The notes below the pieces were generated by a model. That model was not told the origin of the DNA. It saw nothing but the letters and a program-made list of their open reading frames with translations, and ran no database searches. The translations under genes were made by a program, and so were the position numbers. A DNA stretch of 63,260 nucleotides, the filler included, from Octopus bimaculoides (taxonomy: Eukaryota): assembly GCF_001194135.2 (NCBI RefSeq). It is 4 parts of 3 records of this genome, joined end to end, with 100 filler letters (N's around TTAATTAATTAA, not from the genome) between each part and the next. Parts side by side here need not be neighbours in the genome. Positions count along the whole stretch, not along the records: positions 1 to 12,263 come from NC_068981.1; positions 12,364 to 39,481 come from NC_068981.1; 2 more parts are not named here. One strand, given 5' to 3'. Below are positions 10,861-23,689 of the stretch, in pieces (the first letter of the stretch is position 1; each line of letters opens with the position of its first letter).

Positions 10861-11728
10861 CTACCATCTGCACATGATGCTTTAAAAGCCTGGTACCTAG
10901 TGTTGGTCAACTGAGGACACACTCTTACAGTTTGACAATGCCTCAGCACACACTACCAATATGTCCAAATGCAAACTTGAGGGCTGATAGTGCTGCCTCA
11001 CCCTGGCATTGCACTATCAGATTGCCACCTTTTCTGAGCTATGGTTCATTTCCTGCACATATAGAGGTTCAACAATGTGGATAAGGTTGAAAGCAGATGA
11101 GTACAAGGAATTTTTTACCTCTAAACTAGCCAGATGGTAAAAGCATGGAATTGAGTTTTTAACATAACAATGACAATAGTCAATAGAATATGATGGGATA
11201 TATTTTAATAAACACTTATGTATGTAAGTTGATTGAACTTGAAATACAAAAATTCTTTGACTCTACCTGGTATAGTGCATATGTGTGTGTATTAGGCTGT
11301 TGTGTGCATATATATTGGATAGATATGTTAGTTGATATAAGTGTGTGCAGGGATTGGTAAGTGTGGGTAGGTGTATTTATATTTTCTTGCTATCTGTTTG
11401 CATATGGACGGTATGTGTGGCTCTAATTAAAGGGTGTGTACTAGTATGTCTAAAGTAGATAATAGTATGTATGACTACAATATGTATGTGTACACTTTTT
11501 AAATGTGTTGGTGTGTATGGTGCATATGTTATCAGTATTGACATGAGGACTCTCCCTAGACACAACAAAATTATTAAGAAGCACTAATCTTTCTAAAATT
11601 GTCAAGCCCTTGCTGGGTTGGGATTTTTCTCTTGGCAAATATGATTTCTACTTTCTATAACATATATTTTATATGGTAGGTTTTTCTTATTGCTTATTTC
11701 TACTTTTTGCTCTTTTTATACAATACAG

Positions 11729-12042
11729 ATCATGAAGCAGATGTTCTATCCAGACCAAATTCCATGTTATGTGAAAAATCTAGTAGCTCTCAGTCCACTT
11801 CTAAAAAACCAACTACACTTGCCCTTTCATCTGAAAACAAAAACAAACAGCAACCAGTATTTTGTAATGTGGATGAAAAAGTTGATATCTCACCAACATC
11901 CACTCTCCAGTCTAGGTTACACTCTGACAGCATGTTGAACATCAGTACTGAAGGCCTTGATACATCACGACTTAGCATGTGCTCAAGTCATCACAGCAGT
12001 GCAGAAGAAGCTGAGAGTGATGCAGAAATAATTTTTCTTTAA
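11729..12042 (+). CDS. Candidate terminal exon, Ser/Thr-rich low-complexity tail (phase 1 to stop)
   Basis: Long pyrimidine tract plus tacag at 11680-11728; 104 open codons (D)HEADVLSRPNSMLCEKSSSSQST...SSAEEAESDAEIIFL*; phase fits exon 365-500. Confidence 0.5.
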
Positions 12043-12120
12043 AATACTTATTATTTGGTATGGTAAACCAATTGTACAAGATAACCAAACATTGCTGATA
12101 GTATATATATACATATAGTA

Positions 12121-12163
<43 letters not shown>

Positions 12164-12198
12164 TGTATATATATATATAGTATGTATATATATACATA

Positions 12199-12239
<41 letters not shown>

Positions 12240-12409
12240 TGTATATATATATATAGTATGTATNNNNNNNNNNNNNNNNNNNNNNNNNNNNNNNNNNNNN
12301 NNNNNNNTTAATTAATTAANNNNNNNNNNNNNNNNNNNNNNNNNNNNNNNNNNNNNNNNNNNNTATGTGTGTAGGTGTGTGTGGGTGTGTATGTGTGTGT
12401 GTATGGTTT

Positions 12410-12794
12410 GTATTGAGTATAGTTTTGCATTTGATAGGACTCTCTCGGGTGATTTGTCTTGTTTTTTGCCTTTAAATAGTTTCTGTGTATTTAGGATGCT
12501 GCTCATTTTCGGGCCTTGAGTGAGCAGAGGCAGATTTTGTATAACTGTGTTGTATGCTTTATTTTATCTGGGGTTGTGTGTTGATATGTATGGGAGTGAT
12601 TTAAATTGAGCCGTGGTGTTTTGTTTTGTTGTCCTTTGTGTGTTTTGTTGTCCTTGTTTTGTTGTCCAATTTTTTGCACGTTTAATTCTACGTTCTATAA
12701 GTGTAGGTGGATATTGACGTTCAATGAGTGTTATTTTGAGTTCTTGTAGGCGAAGTTCGCGAGTGGTTTTGTCAGATACAATTGTACAGATCCT
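12410..12794 (-). mobile_element. Penelope-like element RT thumb/linker fragment (family 2-like)
   Basis: RICTIVSDKTTRELRLQELKITLIERQYPPTLIERRIKRAK...LPYISTHNPR, then KSPERVLSNAKL (compare LKKILTKAKL at 4633). Confidence 0.8.
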
Positions 12795-13310
12795 TTTTCC
12801 GCCCAACTGATTTTGATAATTGCGGAATAAATTATAATCAGATGCAGCTATATCCGGCGAATATGGTGGGTGGGTGCACCGTTTCCCATTCAAAATGCTC
12901 CAGCATTTGGAATGTCATCCTCGCTGTATGTGGCCGAGCATTATCTTAATGGAAGAACATCTTTCGTTTTGAAACCAACGATAGTCTTTTTCCAGTGGCA
13001 CGCAGGCATCGATGAATGGTTGAATGATCAAATTCAAGCTACTCGGTTAGTTTCTCAACAGCTACGATGGGATTTTGTTACACCAGGTTTTGCAGGACGT
13101 CCGCCTCGATCCCTGCAGATCTCCCAGGATGAGGCTTGTATGCTATGCTATAGTTTCCGCACAGAATTTCTTATGCTTATTCTCCGATCACCATAAACTA
13201 TAATAATAGTATTTGCAATTTCCGTTTTGTTGTTGCCTTTATGGAACTAATAAAGCAAAAAAATTCGAATATGCTCCTTTGTCGTTTCCATTAAAGCTTT
13301 ACAAAATAAC
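12795..13310 (-). mobile_element. Mariner transposase remnant with internal deletion
   Basis: HPPYSPDIAASDYNLFRNYQNQLGGK (mariner HPPYSPDLAPSDY motif); DNARPHTARMT; FDHSTIHRCLRATGK helix-turn-helix remnant. Confidence 0.9.
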
Positions 13311-13496
13311 TGTTAAAATAGAACTGCATTCTTCAAAATTTGCACTAAGAATAAATACAAGGTAGAATTACTACTAGCTTTTATAACAAGTTGACGCAGG
13401 TAATTTGTCTAGTTCAGCTGCGACTTTAAATTCATGCAATTGAAAAACCGCATTATTTATGGGATGACTCTCTCTCTCCATTTCTCTCTCCCATTA

Positions 13497-13561
<65 letters not shown>

Positions 13562-13795
13562 NNNNNNNNNNNNNNNNNNNNNNNNNNNNNNNNNNNNNNN
13601 NNNNNNNNNNNNNNNNNNNNNNNNNNNNNNNNNNNNNNNNNNNNNNNNNNNNNNNNNNNNNNNNNNNNNNNNNNNNNNNNNNNNNNNNNNNNNNNNNNNN
13701 NNNNNNNNNNNNNNNNNNNNNNNNNNNNNNNNNNNNNNNNNNNNNNNNNNNNNNNNNNNNNNNNNNNNNNNNNNNNNNNNNNNNNNNNNNNNNNN

Positions 13796-13845
<50 letters not shown>

Positions 13846-14310
13846 ACATGATGCGTATGCATAAATCGATATATCTGTTTGTGGAAATACGTTTCGAATT
13901 ATTTAAGTGATATTCAAAAAATGTATTGTTTGAACTTATGATGCCTTCTTATACTTAAAATTGTATAAAATCAGTGATAATGAAATGAATTGCAAATTGC
14001 TTGAACTAGAATATTGAACATAGATTGAACAAATTGATATAACATTGAATATTTGTTTGAAAGGATATTGACTATAGATAGCAATACATAATGTTTCTCT
14101 GAGTTAGCAATACTGCTTCTAATTTATATGCAAATAAACTAATCAGATATAATTAGAGAAATTTGCATGATTAATTTAGTTTTCAATTTCTCTCTTCCGA
14201 AAATATTGAATTTTATCCAAGATATACAGATGCTATCATTCTATAATTTTTCAAAGTTGTTTTCTCTGAAGTTCAGCAACAAAACAATCGCATACATTTT
14301 AACTAAACAG

Positions 14311-14417
14311 AAGAAATATGCCGTACAAAAATCTGGAAAGAAACAACGATGAGACTAACAGCTAAATCTATATTAATCGCTTACAGATTAACTTATGAGC
14401 AGGTTTTGCAGATCTGG
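14311..14417 (+). CDS. Candidate internal exon (phase 1 to 0)
   Basis: Acceptor ttttaactaaacag; donor TGG|gtacgt; (E)EICRTKIWKETTMRLTAKSILIAYRLTYEQVLQIW is the only open frame and joins exon 365-500 in frame. Confidence 0.55.
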
Positions 14418-14857
14418 GTACGTTACTTGCACTAAGCAAACTGATACTCACACTCGGAAAAACCCAAAGCGCGTGAATATTTCTATGAAAATGTATCTCC
14501 TTATGCGTATATGTGTGAGTGTGGGTCTATGTATATCTATATATCTCTCTATCTCTCTATCTATCGATATATATATATNNNNNNNNNNNNNNNNNNNNNN
14601 NNNNNNNNNNNNNNNNNNNNNNNNNNNNNNNNNNNNNNNNNNNNNNNNNNNNNNNNNNNNNNNNNNNNNNNNNNNNNNNNNNNNNNNNNNNNNNNNNNNN
14701 NNNNNNNNNNNNNNNNNNNNNNNNNNNNNNNNNNNNNNNNNNNNNNNNNNNNNNNNNNNNNNNNNNNNNNNNNNNNNNNNNNNNNNNNNNNNNNNNNNNN
14801 NNNNNNNNNNNNNNNNNNNNNNNNNNNNNNNNNNNNNNNNNNNNTATATATATATAC

Positions 14858-14895
<38 letters not shown>

Positions 14896-17176
14896 ACACA
14901 CACACTCACACACACACACATATATATATATTTCAACAAATATTGTCATGCCTAAGTAGGGTCATTTTGCTAATAAAAATTTTAAAAATGTTCACACGCA
15001 CCGGTTCAAATGCCTCTTCTTTATTCTATCAATTAATTATTTAATGACTTGTATAATATGTTTATTAGAAAATCAATCGGTTATTAGTCTTCTCTGTCTT
15101 TCCTTTTGTCGCCCAACATGACGTCATCAATGTCATCTCTTCACTCCTCAAGATCTGATGTATGTCTGTCTGAGAATTATTCTAATGCCTCTGTGTGTAT
15201 GCATGCATGTACGTATGTGCGTATGTTGATGCATGAGTGTTTTACTTATGCGCATGTGTTCTGCTGAATGTGTTCGCATATGTGAGTGCACGTGGTATAG
15301 TCGGGTTTTTAATAGGAGTGTATGATTGCCTGCCTGCATTTGTGCGCGCGTGTGTGTGTGTGTGTGTGTATGTGTGTGCGTATGTGTTCTTCGTGTGTGT
15401 GTCTGTGTGTGTATGGTGTAACAAGTTGTCTTTTGAAAAGTTAAACTTTTGTGTTGTTGCGCACGTGTATGTTCAAATGTCCTGCACATATATGTGTGTG
15501 CGCATTTGTGTGCAGGCGCATGTTTGTACATATGTTTATTTGTTCACGCATGTCGGTGTGTGTTTCTGGTTGTATGTGGTCGTGTGTAAAGTTGGAATTC
15601 TTCATTATTACATGTATTTATGTTCATGGTTTTCTGTATACATAGCTACATTACACACTTATAACCTTCCAGCCACTAAGACGTACGCACACCTACTTGT
15701 GTATATGCTACATGTGCTGCAGCTGTGTTGTTGTACTTGTTATTCACATCTGTTATTTAAACAAACTTCAATGTTCAGCATGCTAGAAATAGCAGCGATC
15801 ACTTAGTTATTATTTTAAGGATTATAGCCTTCCAGGCAGCCATAACAAAAAATTAAAAATAAATTCTATATTTAAAAAATAAATATTATGAGTATATATT
15901 AATAAATTTATATTTTGTCAAAAATCAGACTGAAAGTTATAAAGCTATATTGTCTAATAGCATTCATTCATTCATTCAATAAATAAATGTGTTACTCCAC
16001 CTTGATAGAATAAACTGTGGGTTTTACAAATAATGAATTAAAACATTAAATGAATACATTGAAATGAATATATATTAAATTATCATTAATGAAAATAGAG
16101 TCCAAAGTGTGTGAGGGACTGTCGCAAATGAAAGCGGAAATTTCGCCCGCAATGAATTAATATTGTTTATTAAATCTACTTCAGAGAAAATGCAACGAAT
16201 ATTTAAGTTTTTGAAAACTTACAGTTCAAATATTCAATAAACTTCAGAAATAGAAATTTATTGGGACATGAATTTTTTAAATAATTTCCAGAGAACCAAG
16301 CTTTTAATAATGGCTTTCTTTTAATAATTGTTACATACCTATTTTATGAGCATCTTTCTCCATTATACTATTGAAATATTTTTTTCTATTGAATCGTAGC
16401 ATTCTATCGACTATGAGAACATAGTCACGTATCTGTCTTAACGGTGAGACTCTCAGCGTTTAGACAAGATTTCGATACTAATTCGGTTCATCAGGCCGCT
16501 ATGTAGATTTCTGGCATTTTGGCAGTATCGGTGACTGTTTCTTGTAGTTAGAGTCTTTGTGACTTTCTGAACTTAGAGTAATGCATGAAAAACTATTAAA
16601 TTATGGAAAAATTAAATGAAATTCTTTGTTATAATTATTTCCATAGTTTTCGAATTTGTGGGACATTTTAATTTTATCTGTCTCTCTCTCTCACTTTTAC
16701 TTTTGTCGAGACTTGATAGTCGCAAAGACTGAAACCGGTACTAAATGTTCTTCAGGATAAAGTTATTCTAGCATTTTCTACCGCGTCATATTTCCCTCAT
16801 ATATATATATTCGCATGTCGTTTAACATGTGAAATGATGTCTTAAGGAATTAAGATAATGTGAATTGATGTTTCTCCATACGATTGAGAAAATACGAAAG
16901 GAGGCCTAAGGTCGTTCTTTTCTATTCGTGCAGTGTCTTAAAGTCGACAAAATCTGCGAATCATTTTGTATTATCTCTATTGTACGCATTTGTGGCGAAA
17001 ATATTATACCCAAAATCAGCTTTATTCATATTTTTACTTTTGTTTATGAAAGAGAAATTTAACACACGGATAGAGAATAGCAATTTTTGTGAAAAGTCAG
17101 GATAGTGTATACAAAGATTTAGACGTGGTTGCTAAAAGCAAATGCTGTCAACCTAAAACACTTATCCATTAAACAG

Positions 17177-17222
17177 ATACGTTCCCGGCCCAAAATTGCT
17201 TAGACGTGTGGTTTGAATGCAG
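17177..17222 (+). CDS. Weak candidate exon (phase 1 to 2)
   Basis: ttaaacag / CAG|gtattt; TFPAQNCLDVWFEC; no compatible neighbours found. Confidence 0.2.
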
Positions 17223-17384
17223 GTATTTTTTTCATTTTATTTCAATATAGTAATTAGATCTTTGAACACCCATTAGAGAATGCATTCCGTTCGGTATATT
17301 TAACTGAATTGTGTTTCAGCTTAAATGCATGTAAGAAATTGCATATTAAGAAATATTTAGAATGAAATAACATTGTACTGTCTC

Positions 17385-17566
17385 AAAAGCATAGCTGATA
17401 AGTCGTCGGTGCATAACTGGTACTTATTTGATCGATCCCAAATGGATGGAAGGCAGAGTCCACCTCAGCAGAATTTGATCTCAGAACGAAATACCGGCAA
17501 ACGAAATATCGCTAAACATTTCGCTCGGCGTGAGAACAATTCTGGCAGCTCATAGCCTTGAGGTGA
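17385..17566 (-). mobile_element. tRNA-derived SINE family B
   Basis: Reverse complement GAGCTGCCAGAATTGTT...GTTCTGAGATCAAATTCTGCTGAGGTGGACTCTGCCTTCCATCC...ATAAGTACCAG. Confidence 0.75.
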
Positions 17567-19239
17567 ATATAATATTGTCTTTGTTCAGCCTCTCGTTTCG
17601 TCACATTGACGATCGTTTTCTGTTTTGAACATTACTAATATAAAGAATTTTATAGAAAGTAAGTTTTTCGTTAGATACATACAAATCAACTCATAATCCA
17701 CATCGCTAAGATATTATAATAACACATGATGACTTCCTTGTTCGTTTTGAATCCCAGTTCAGGTGAAGCATGTGTCTTCGACTTGGCAACATATTTTCAT
17801 ATTATTTTTTATATTTCTGTTGAAATATATCTTCGATAATTGTATTAAATTTTGACATTCGTGAATGTGATATTTCGTTTCAATACGCAAGATGTGCATA
17901 TATTAAATGTTGTCTCTGTAGTTGAGTAGACAATATATAATGTGTTGTTGCATTTACTTGATAATGTAAGTACTGTCTAATAGGTATTATATTGATAGGC
18001 AATTCTCTACCATGCAATCATAAAATATTGAATTGCACCTTTGAAAATTCAAACGATTTCCCAAGCGAAACAACTGATATAAAATGCCCTGTAATTTTGG
18101 CAATGAAGTTTAAACTTGAATTACTTATTTGTTCAGATACGACCATTTTAGCCTGATGTTCTGTTGACTTAGTTTAACATGCATTTATGATAATGTCTGT
18201 CTATATCTCTTAAAGCTGTCCGTTACCTTAGGCGCTGCTGTATATTTAACATCCTACATTATTGCATTTTTGTTTTCATTTCTTTATGTTGTATAGCTAT
18301 TCTGTTTTACGGAAAATTGTTGTAATTGTATCTGAAAATAAAGAGAATATTTAAGATAATTGCGTAATCGCAGGATGTCCCTTTGTACTCATGGTAAATA
18401 ATACAATCATTCTACATCAGATTTTGGTGGAATATTCTAAATACAATCATTATTGTTTCTTTTCTTTTATTGACTTCTTAATTCCATTGTCCATTTGCCA
18501 CACTATAAATTTTCGTTAAAACTATAAAATATTACTCGAACAGCGAAATCATTGATGTGTAATAGCACATATTTGTTAGAGAATATCGGCATGTAAGCAT
18601 TAATCTGTGTTTCTGCTATATCTACATTAATTCCAAACCATTACCCTCCCATGGGTTGGTGTCTGTAATATACTTTCCATATACACAACTCCGTTTGGTC
18701 GAGCTGTATAATTATTGTGTAGATAAAATTTAAAAGGGTATTAGCAATTTTATCAAATTCCATTTTAACATATGTATGGCCAATTTTTAACGCTAAATAT
18801 TCTATAAATTCTGTATATATGCAAATGCTATTTGTGTCTTTCTTCGTACTCTTATGTACATTTCTGCTTTGTACAAAATATGGCTGATTGCCCTCTGAAC
18901 TATAGCCATTGAATCCAACACGAGTTTAATATGCAGGCTACGTGCGTTCATATCTGGCAACTCACATGTTACGAGAGCAGGGATACTCTTTGTATCATAG
19001 TGTTTATTCAAGACATAATCGTACACCTGCTTTTATTTTCCATGACATTATTTGTCGCTAATATATCATGAGTCAAGAGGATTATTGTCAAACAGTCTCT
19101 CAATCTATGATATTCTCAAATCATGATTTTTCTGTCAATGGATTACTCGTGAAATTGATCTTTACCGCTATATAAGCTTTTGCAGTAACGTTCATAAAAT
19201 TATACAAATAATTTTAGTTTTCCCCTTTAATTAACCATC

Positions 19240-19700
19240 ACTTAGATATTGCTTGCAGATCCTCCAATATCTTATTTTTGCTCTTCTTTTTTAAATATTT
19301 CAGCCAAAATTTTCCGCACTCTTTTTATATGTGTAGTCTGTATCCTTCTTTTTAATGAGTAAAGTTATTCACTCAAGCTTCTTTCTGTTGTCTCAATATG
19401 CTTCTTCCATGGAGTTTCTTTCTACGTCCATAATCGCCACAGAAATAATTTTATATTTACAAATTTAATAACGAGATCGTTTCCGATCAAGGTCAAACTG
19501 TGTTATGCTCAACAATCCCATCTCCTCCTTCACAGCCTCAAATGCAGCGTATGAGTAACGTTTTCTTTGATCTTGTGCTCTTGCTTTATTTTAATACTTT
19601 ATTTGATTTGTGTTTCGTATTTTTAGAGATACTTTAAATGAGATACAGTTTATCTTTGTATATTTGTGCTATTTCATAGGAATTCAATATTACTGAATAA
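19240..19700 (-). mobile_element. Possible very old LINE RT C-terminal remnant
   Basis: Minus-strand fragments such as YAAFEAVKEEMGLLSI resemble the EAVRGELG-type region of non-LTR ORF2; heavily broken. Confidence 0.25.
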
Positions 19701-21493
19701 TTAGGAAAGAGATTGTATCAAATCCTACTTCTCACTATTGTAATTATAGTGCCTGAAGAATATATTATTTCCTGCATCCTGATGATATTTTGGTTCGAAT
19801 ACGCTTCGTTATAGATCCGACACAAGGTTTCCGTGTATNNNNNNNNNNNNNNNNNNNNNNNNNNNNNNNNNNNNNNNNNNNNNNNNNNNNNNNNNNNNNN
19901 NNNNNNNNNNNNNNNNNNNNNNNNNNNNNNNNNNNNNNNNNNNNNNNNNNNNNNNNNNNNNNNNNNNNNNNNNNNNNNNNNNNNNNNNNNNNNNNNNNNN
20001 NNNNNNNNNNNNNNNNNNNNNNNNNNNNNNNNNNNNNNNNNNNNNNNNNNNNNNNNNNNNNNNNNNNNNNNNNNNNNNNNNNNNNNNNNNNNNNNNNNNN
20101 NNNNNNNNNNNNNNNNNNNNNNNNNNNNNNNNNNNNNNNNNNNNNNNNNNNNNNNNNNNNNNNNNNNNNNNNNNNNNNNNNNNNNNNNNNNNNNNNNNNN
20201 NNNNNNNNNNNNNNNNNNNNNNNNNNNNNNNNNNNNNNNNNNNNNNNNNNNNNNNNNNNNNNNNNNNNNNNNNNNNNNNNNNNNNNNNNNNNNNNNNNNN
20301 NNNNNNNNNNNNNNNNNNNNNNNNNNNNNNNNNNNNNNNNNNNNNNNNNNNNNNNNNNNNNNNNNNNNNNNNNNNNNNNNNNNNNNNNNNNNNNNNNNNN
20401 NNNNNNNNNNNNNNNNNNNNNNNNNNNNNNNNNNNNNNNNNNNNNNNNNNNNNNNNNNNNNNNNNNNNNNNNNNNNNNNNNNNNNNNNNNNNNNNNNNNN
20501 NNNNNNNNNNNNNNNNNNNNNNNNNNNNNNNNNNNNATATATATATATATATATAAATACAGCATTTTTATTTTCAGTTTTTAATTCGAAATTCTTGTCA
20601 CATCGGTACAATTTGTATTAATCTGAGATAAATATTCTCTTGTTATGCTGCTTATCATACATACAGTTTGCATCTTTATAATTTTGAGCTTATTCACATC
20701 CTAGTTATTTGTATTTTTCCTGGTTGCAATCTACTCTATATTTTAGATTTTCTGTTAGTCCATATTCATTTTCTATTTTAGTTTTGTATCCTTTTTTAAG
20801 GATAATGATAGCTTTCGCTTCGAATACGTATATCCACTCATATTTTGACGGTATAATTTTAGGTTTCAGTTAAATGTGTACGTTTTACGGATTTGCATAT
20901 CTTTTGTGTCAAAGTTTACAGAGGTTTTAGTTGAAACTGGAGTATTTATATATGTATTGCTCTTACAGTTCCATCCGATTGCGGAGGTTCATTATTTTAG
21001 AATCTTTCGACTCACGTATAACACTGAATTTATACTGTTTGGGATGTTCTTGTGTGAAGTGACCGTTGTCCAGAGTTGGTGATTTCACCACCTCACCTCT
21101 TTAATTATACCAATAACAATAACAACAACGAAAACAAAAATAATACAGAAATAGTGCTCATGAGAACTGCTCGTAACGTAAGAGAAATATTGTCGATATA
21201 ATTCCGAAAACATTTAAAATTATAAACATACTTAAAAGTACTTTTAAATATATATAATAGCAAACAGCTTCTATTCTCATCTTAATATCGCTCTATCATC
21301 TTTCACCAAAGTTATTTCAATGAAGAACAATTTTCTTATGTTCTGATAAGCATTCTATAGAACAATACTCTGTGCAACACAAAAATATGGCATGTTAGTC
21401 ATAACACCAACTTGAACTACTAACTTGTTCTCTCTTGAGGTCTCTGCGTGAGACATGGAGTCAACTTTTACAAATACAAAGCAACAGCAAACG

Positions 21494-21739
<246 letters not shown>

Positions 21740-21741
<2 letters not shown>

Positions 21742-22585
21742 GCTCAATGATGCACAGTATGGTTATAAAATATTTGATAAAAATATAAATCATCTCATTT
21801 ACATGGATGATTTAAAGCTCTTTGCAAAAAATGACCAACAACTCAAAGGCCTACTAGCGATTGTTAAACAATTNNNNNNNNNNNNNNNNNNNNNNNNNNN
21901 NNNNNNNNNNNNNNNNNNNNNNNNNNNNNNNNNNNNNNNNNNNNNNNNNNNNNNNNNNNNNNNNNNNNNNNNNNNNNNNNNNNNNNNNNNNNNNNNNNNN
22001 NNNNNNNNNNNNNNNNNNNNNNNNNNNNNNNNNNNNNNNNNNNNNNNNNNNNNNNNNNNNNNNNNNNNNNNNNNNNNNNNNNNNNNNNNNNNNNNNNNNN
22101 NNNNNNNNNNNNNNNNNNNNNNNNNNNNNNNNNNNNNNNNNNNNNNNNNNNNNNNNNNNNNNNNNNNNNNNNNNNNNNNNNNNNNNNNNNNNNNNNNNNN
22201 NNNNNNNNNNNNNNNNNNNNNNNNNNNNNNNNNNNNNNNNNNNNNNNNNNNNNNNNNNNNNNNNNNNNNNNNNNNNNNNNNNNNNAGACGAACTAAAAAC
22301 ACCTGCAGAAAAAGCTAAACGCTTGAAAACCCGTGCTAAAATTGCTGCCTTAGATATTATGACTGAAAAATGGCATGGAAACCCTCTCAATGGCAAATAC
22401 CCAAAGAGAGTGAATAATGCAGATATTGACAAAGCCCTTACCCACCAATGGTTCATGGCCTCTGGCTTGAAATCAGAAACAGAGGGGTTTATCATAGCAG
22501 CCCAAGATCAATGCCTACCTACAAAGAACTACCAGGCCAACATATTAAAGAACGGCAGCTCCCCATTATGTCGTATTTTCCACAC
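21740..22585 (+). mobile_element. R4/Dong-clade LINE fragment (RT YMDD motif to start of CCHC finger), spanning a gap
   Basis: INHLIYMDDLKLFAKND; WFMASGLKSETEGFIIAAQDQCLPTKNY...PLCRI; begins directly at the (AAT)n tract. Confidence 0.9.
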
Positions 22586-22589
22586 TCTG

Positions 22590-23240
22590 GGGGACTAAAA
22601 ATAGAACCCTGCAAAGGGTAGAGGAACTTTAAATAGTCAATGGCCATTCCAAAAACGAGAAGACAGAACTCGTGAGCCTTGGTTGGCACTCTGTCTAGGA
22701 GAAGGAATACTCTGATTTCAAAACCGGTGTAGATAAGTATCCTTAGTCACAGTGGACAAGCCCAAATCCTACGCGAAACCAACAGAAGTTTGGGAACGGT
22801 CGAATACCTGGCGCCTCCAAATAACCCGTGCTCCGGATATACTGTGCTGTTTAGTCTTGGGTGGCAGACAGACTAGAAGGAACACTCCAAGCCCAAAACC
22901 AGTGGAGCAAGGACCCTGCTGCCTTGGCTGACTGCCTTGATACAGATGGTGTCACGATGAAAATATCGGTTGGTAGTAACCGAAAAAATAACACCTCATG
23001 TTTGAGTGAAAATTCCAAGCAAAACAAATAACAATACCATGTGAACAGTACTAGAACCAACAGTGAAAGTGCCGCACCCAGCATGTACCGTATTGTGCAG
23101 CAGGGTGGGCACGGTCGTAATCCAAGAACTGCTAAATTTCTTTATTATAGGCTTGTAGCCTTTACAAAAAAGGGAAATACCAGGACAGACAACACAAAAC
23201 GTGGGGTACATGAAACGAATGGTGTTTGTGAAATGACAGA
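22590..23240 (+). mobile_element. Probable 5' UTR and N-terminus of a non-LTR retrotransposon (R4/Dong- or RTE-like)
   Basis: GC-richer tract with ggcactctgtctaggagaaggaatactctgatttcaaacc, a motif I recall from LINE 5' UTRs; broken ORF ...KGNTR...GVCEMTD. Confidence 0.4.
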
Positions 23241-23689
23241 TTAAACGAAAAGTTGGAATGACTTAAGAGTCACCCTTTCCCCAAGCTCGCAGTTCTATTT
23301 TACTGTTCTTGTGTAAAGTCTCTCATCGTTATACCATTCATCCGTTATATATTCAATTAGATCCTATCTTCTAATCACACACTGGGAAGATTCTCATAAC
23401 GAACATATATTTCCGTCATATTAATTAATTCAGGAAATAACCCACAGTATTTCTTTCTTTTCACTCTCCATGAACACTGCTTTCTCATCTGGTTCACACA
23501 AATCCGGACTCAATTTAACTCTAGTCAAACTTTTCATTTTCGTTATCTTCTTTTCCAATTCTATATGTTTTGTAATACATCAACATTCTTAGATTCCGTC
23601 GCAAATGTTGTCCTATTCTCCCTATTCTCCAAGAACTGCTAGCCATACTACACAATACAGTCCTTGTACTGGTCGAATTATGCAACGTG

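Noticed and set aside
12308-12319. TTAATTAATTAA island inside N runs (also 39526-39537 and 57578-57589)
   Set aside because: Each is 44 N + 12 bp + 44 N = 100 bp, and the 12-mer gives stops in all six frames. It is an artificial gap spacer.
12564-12893. ORF fusing a mariner HPPYSPD motif to a Penelope thumb region
   Set aside because: Chance in-frame junction of two decayed elements; both are broken on either side.
17589-17658. AG...GTAAGT-bounded segment
   Set aside because: Stop codons in all three frames.
19777-19810. CTGATGA...GAAT motif
   Set aside because: GAAT instead of GAAA and no stem II pairing.
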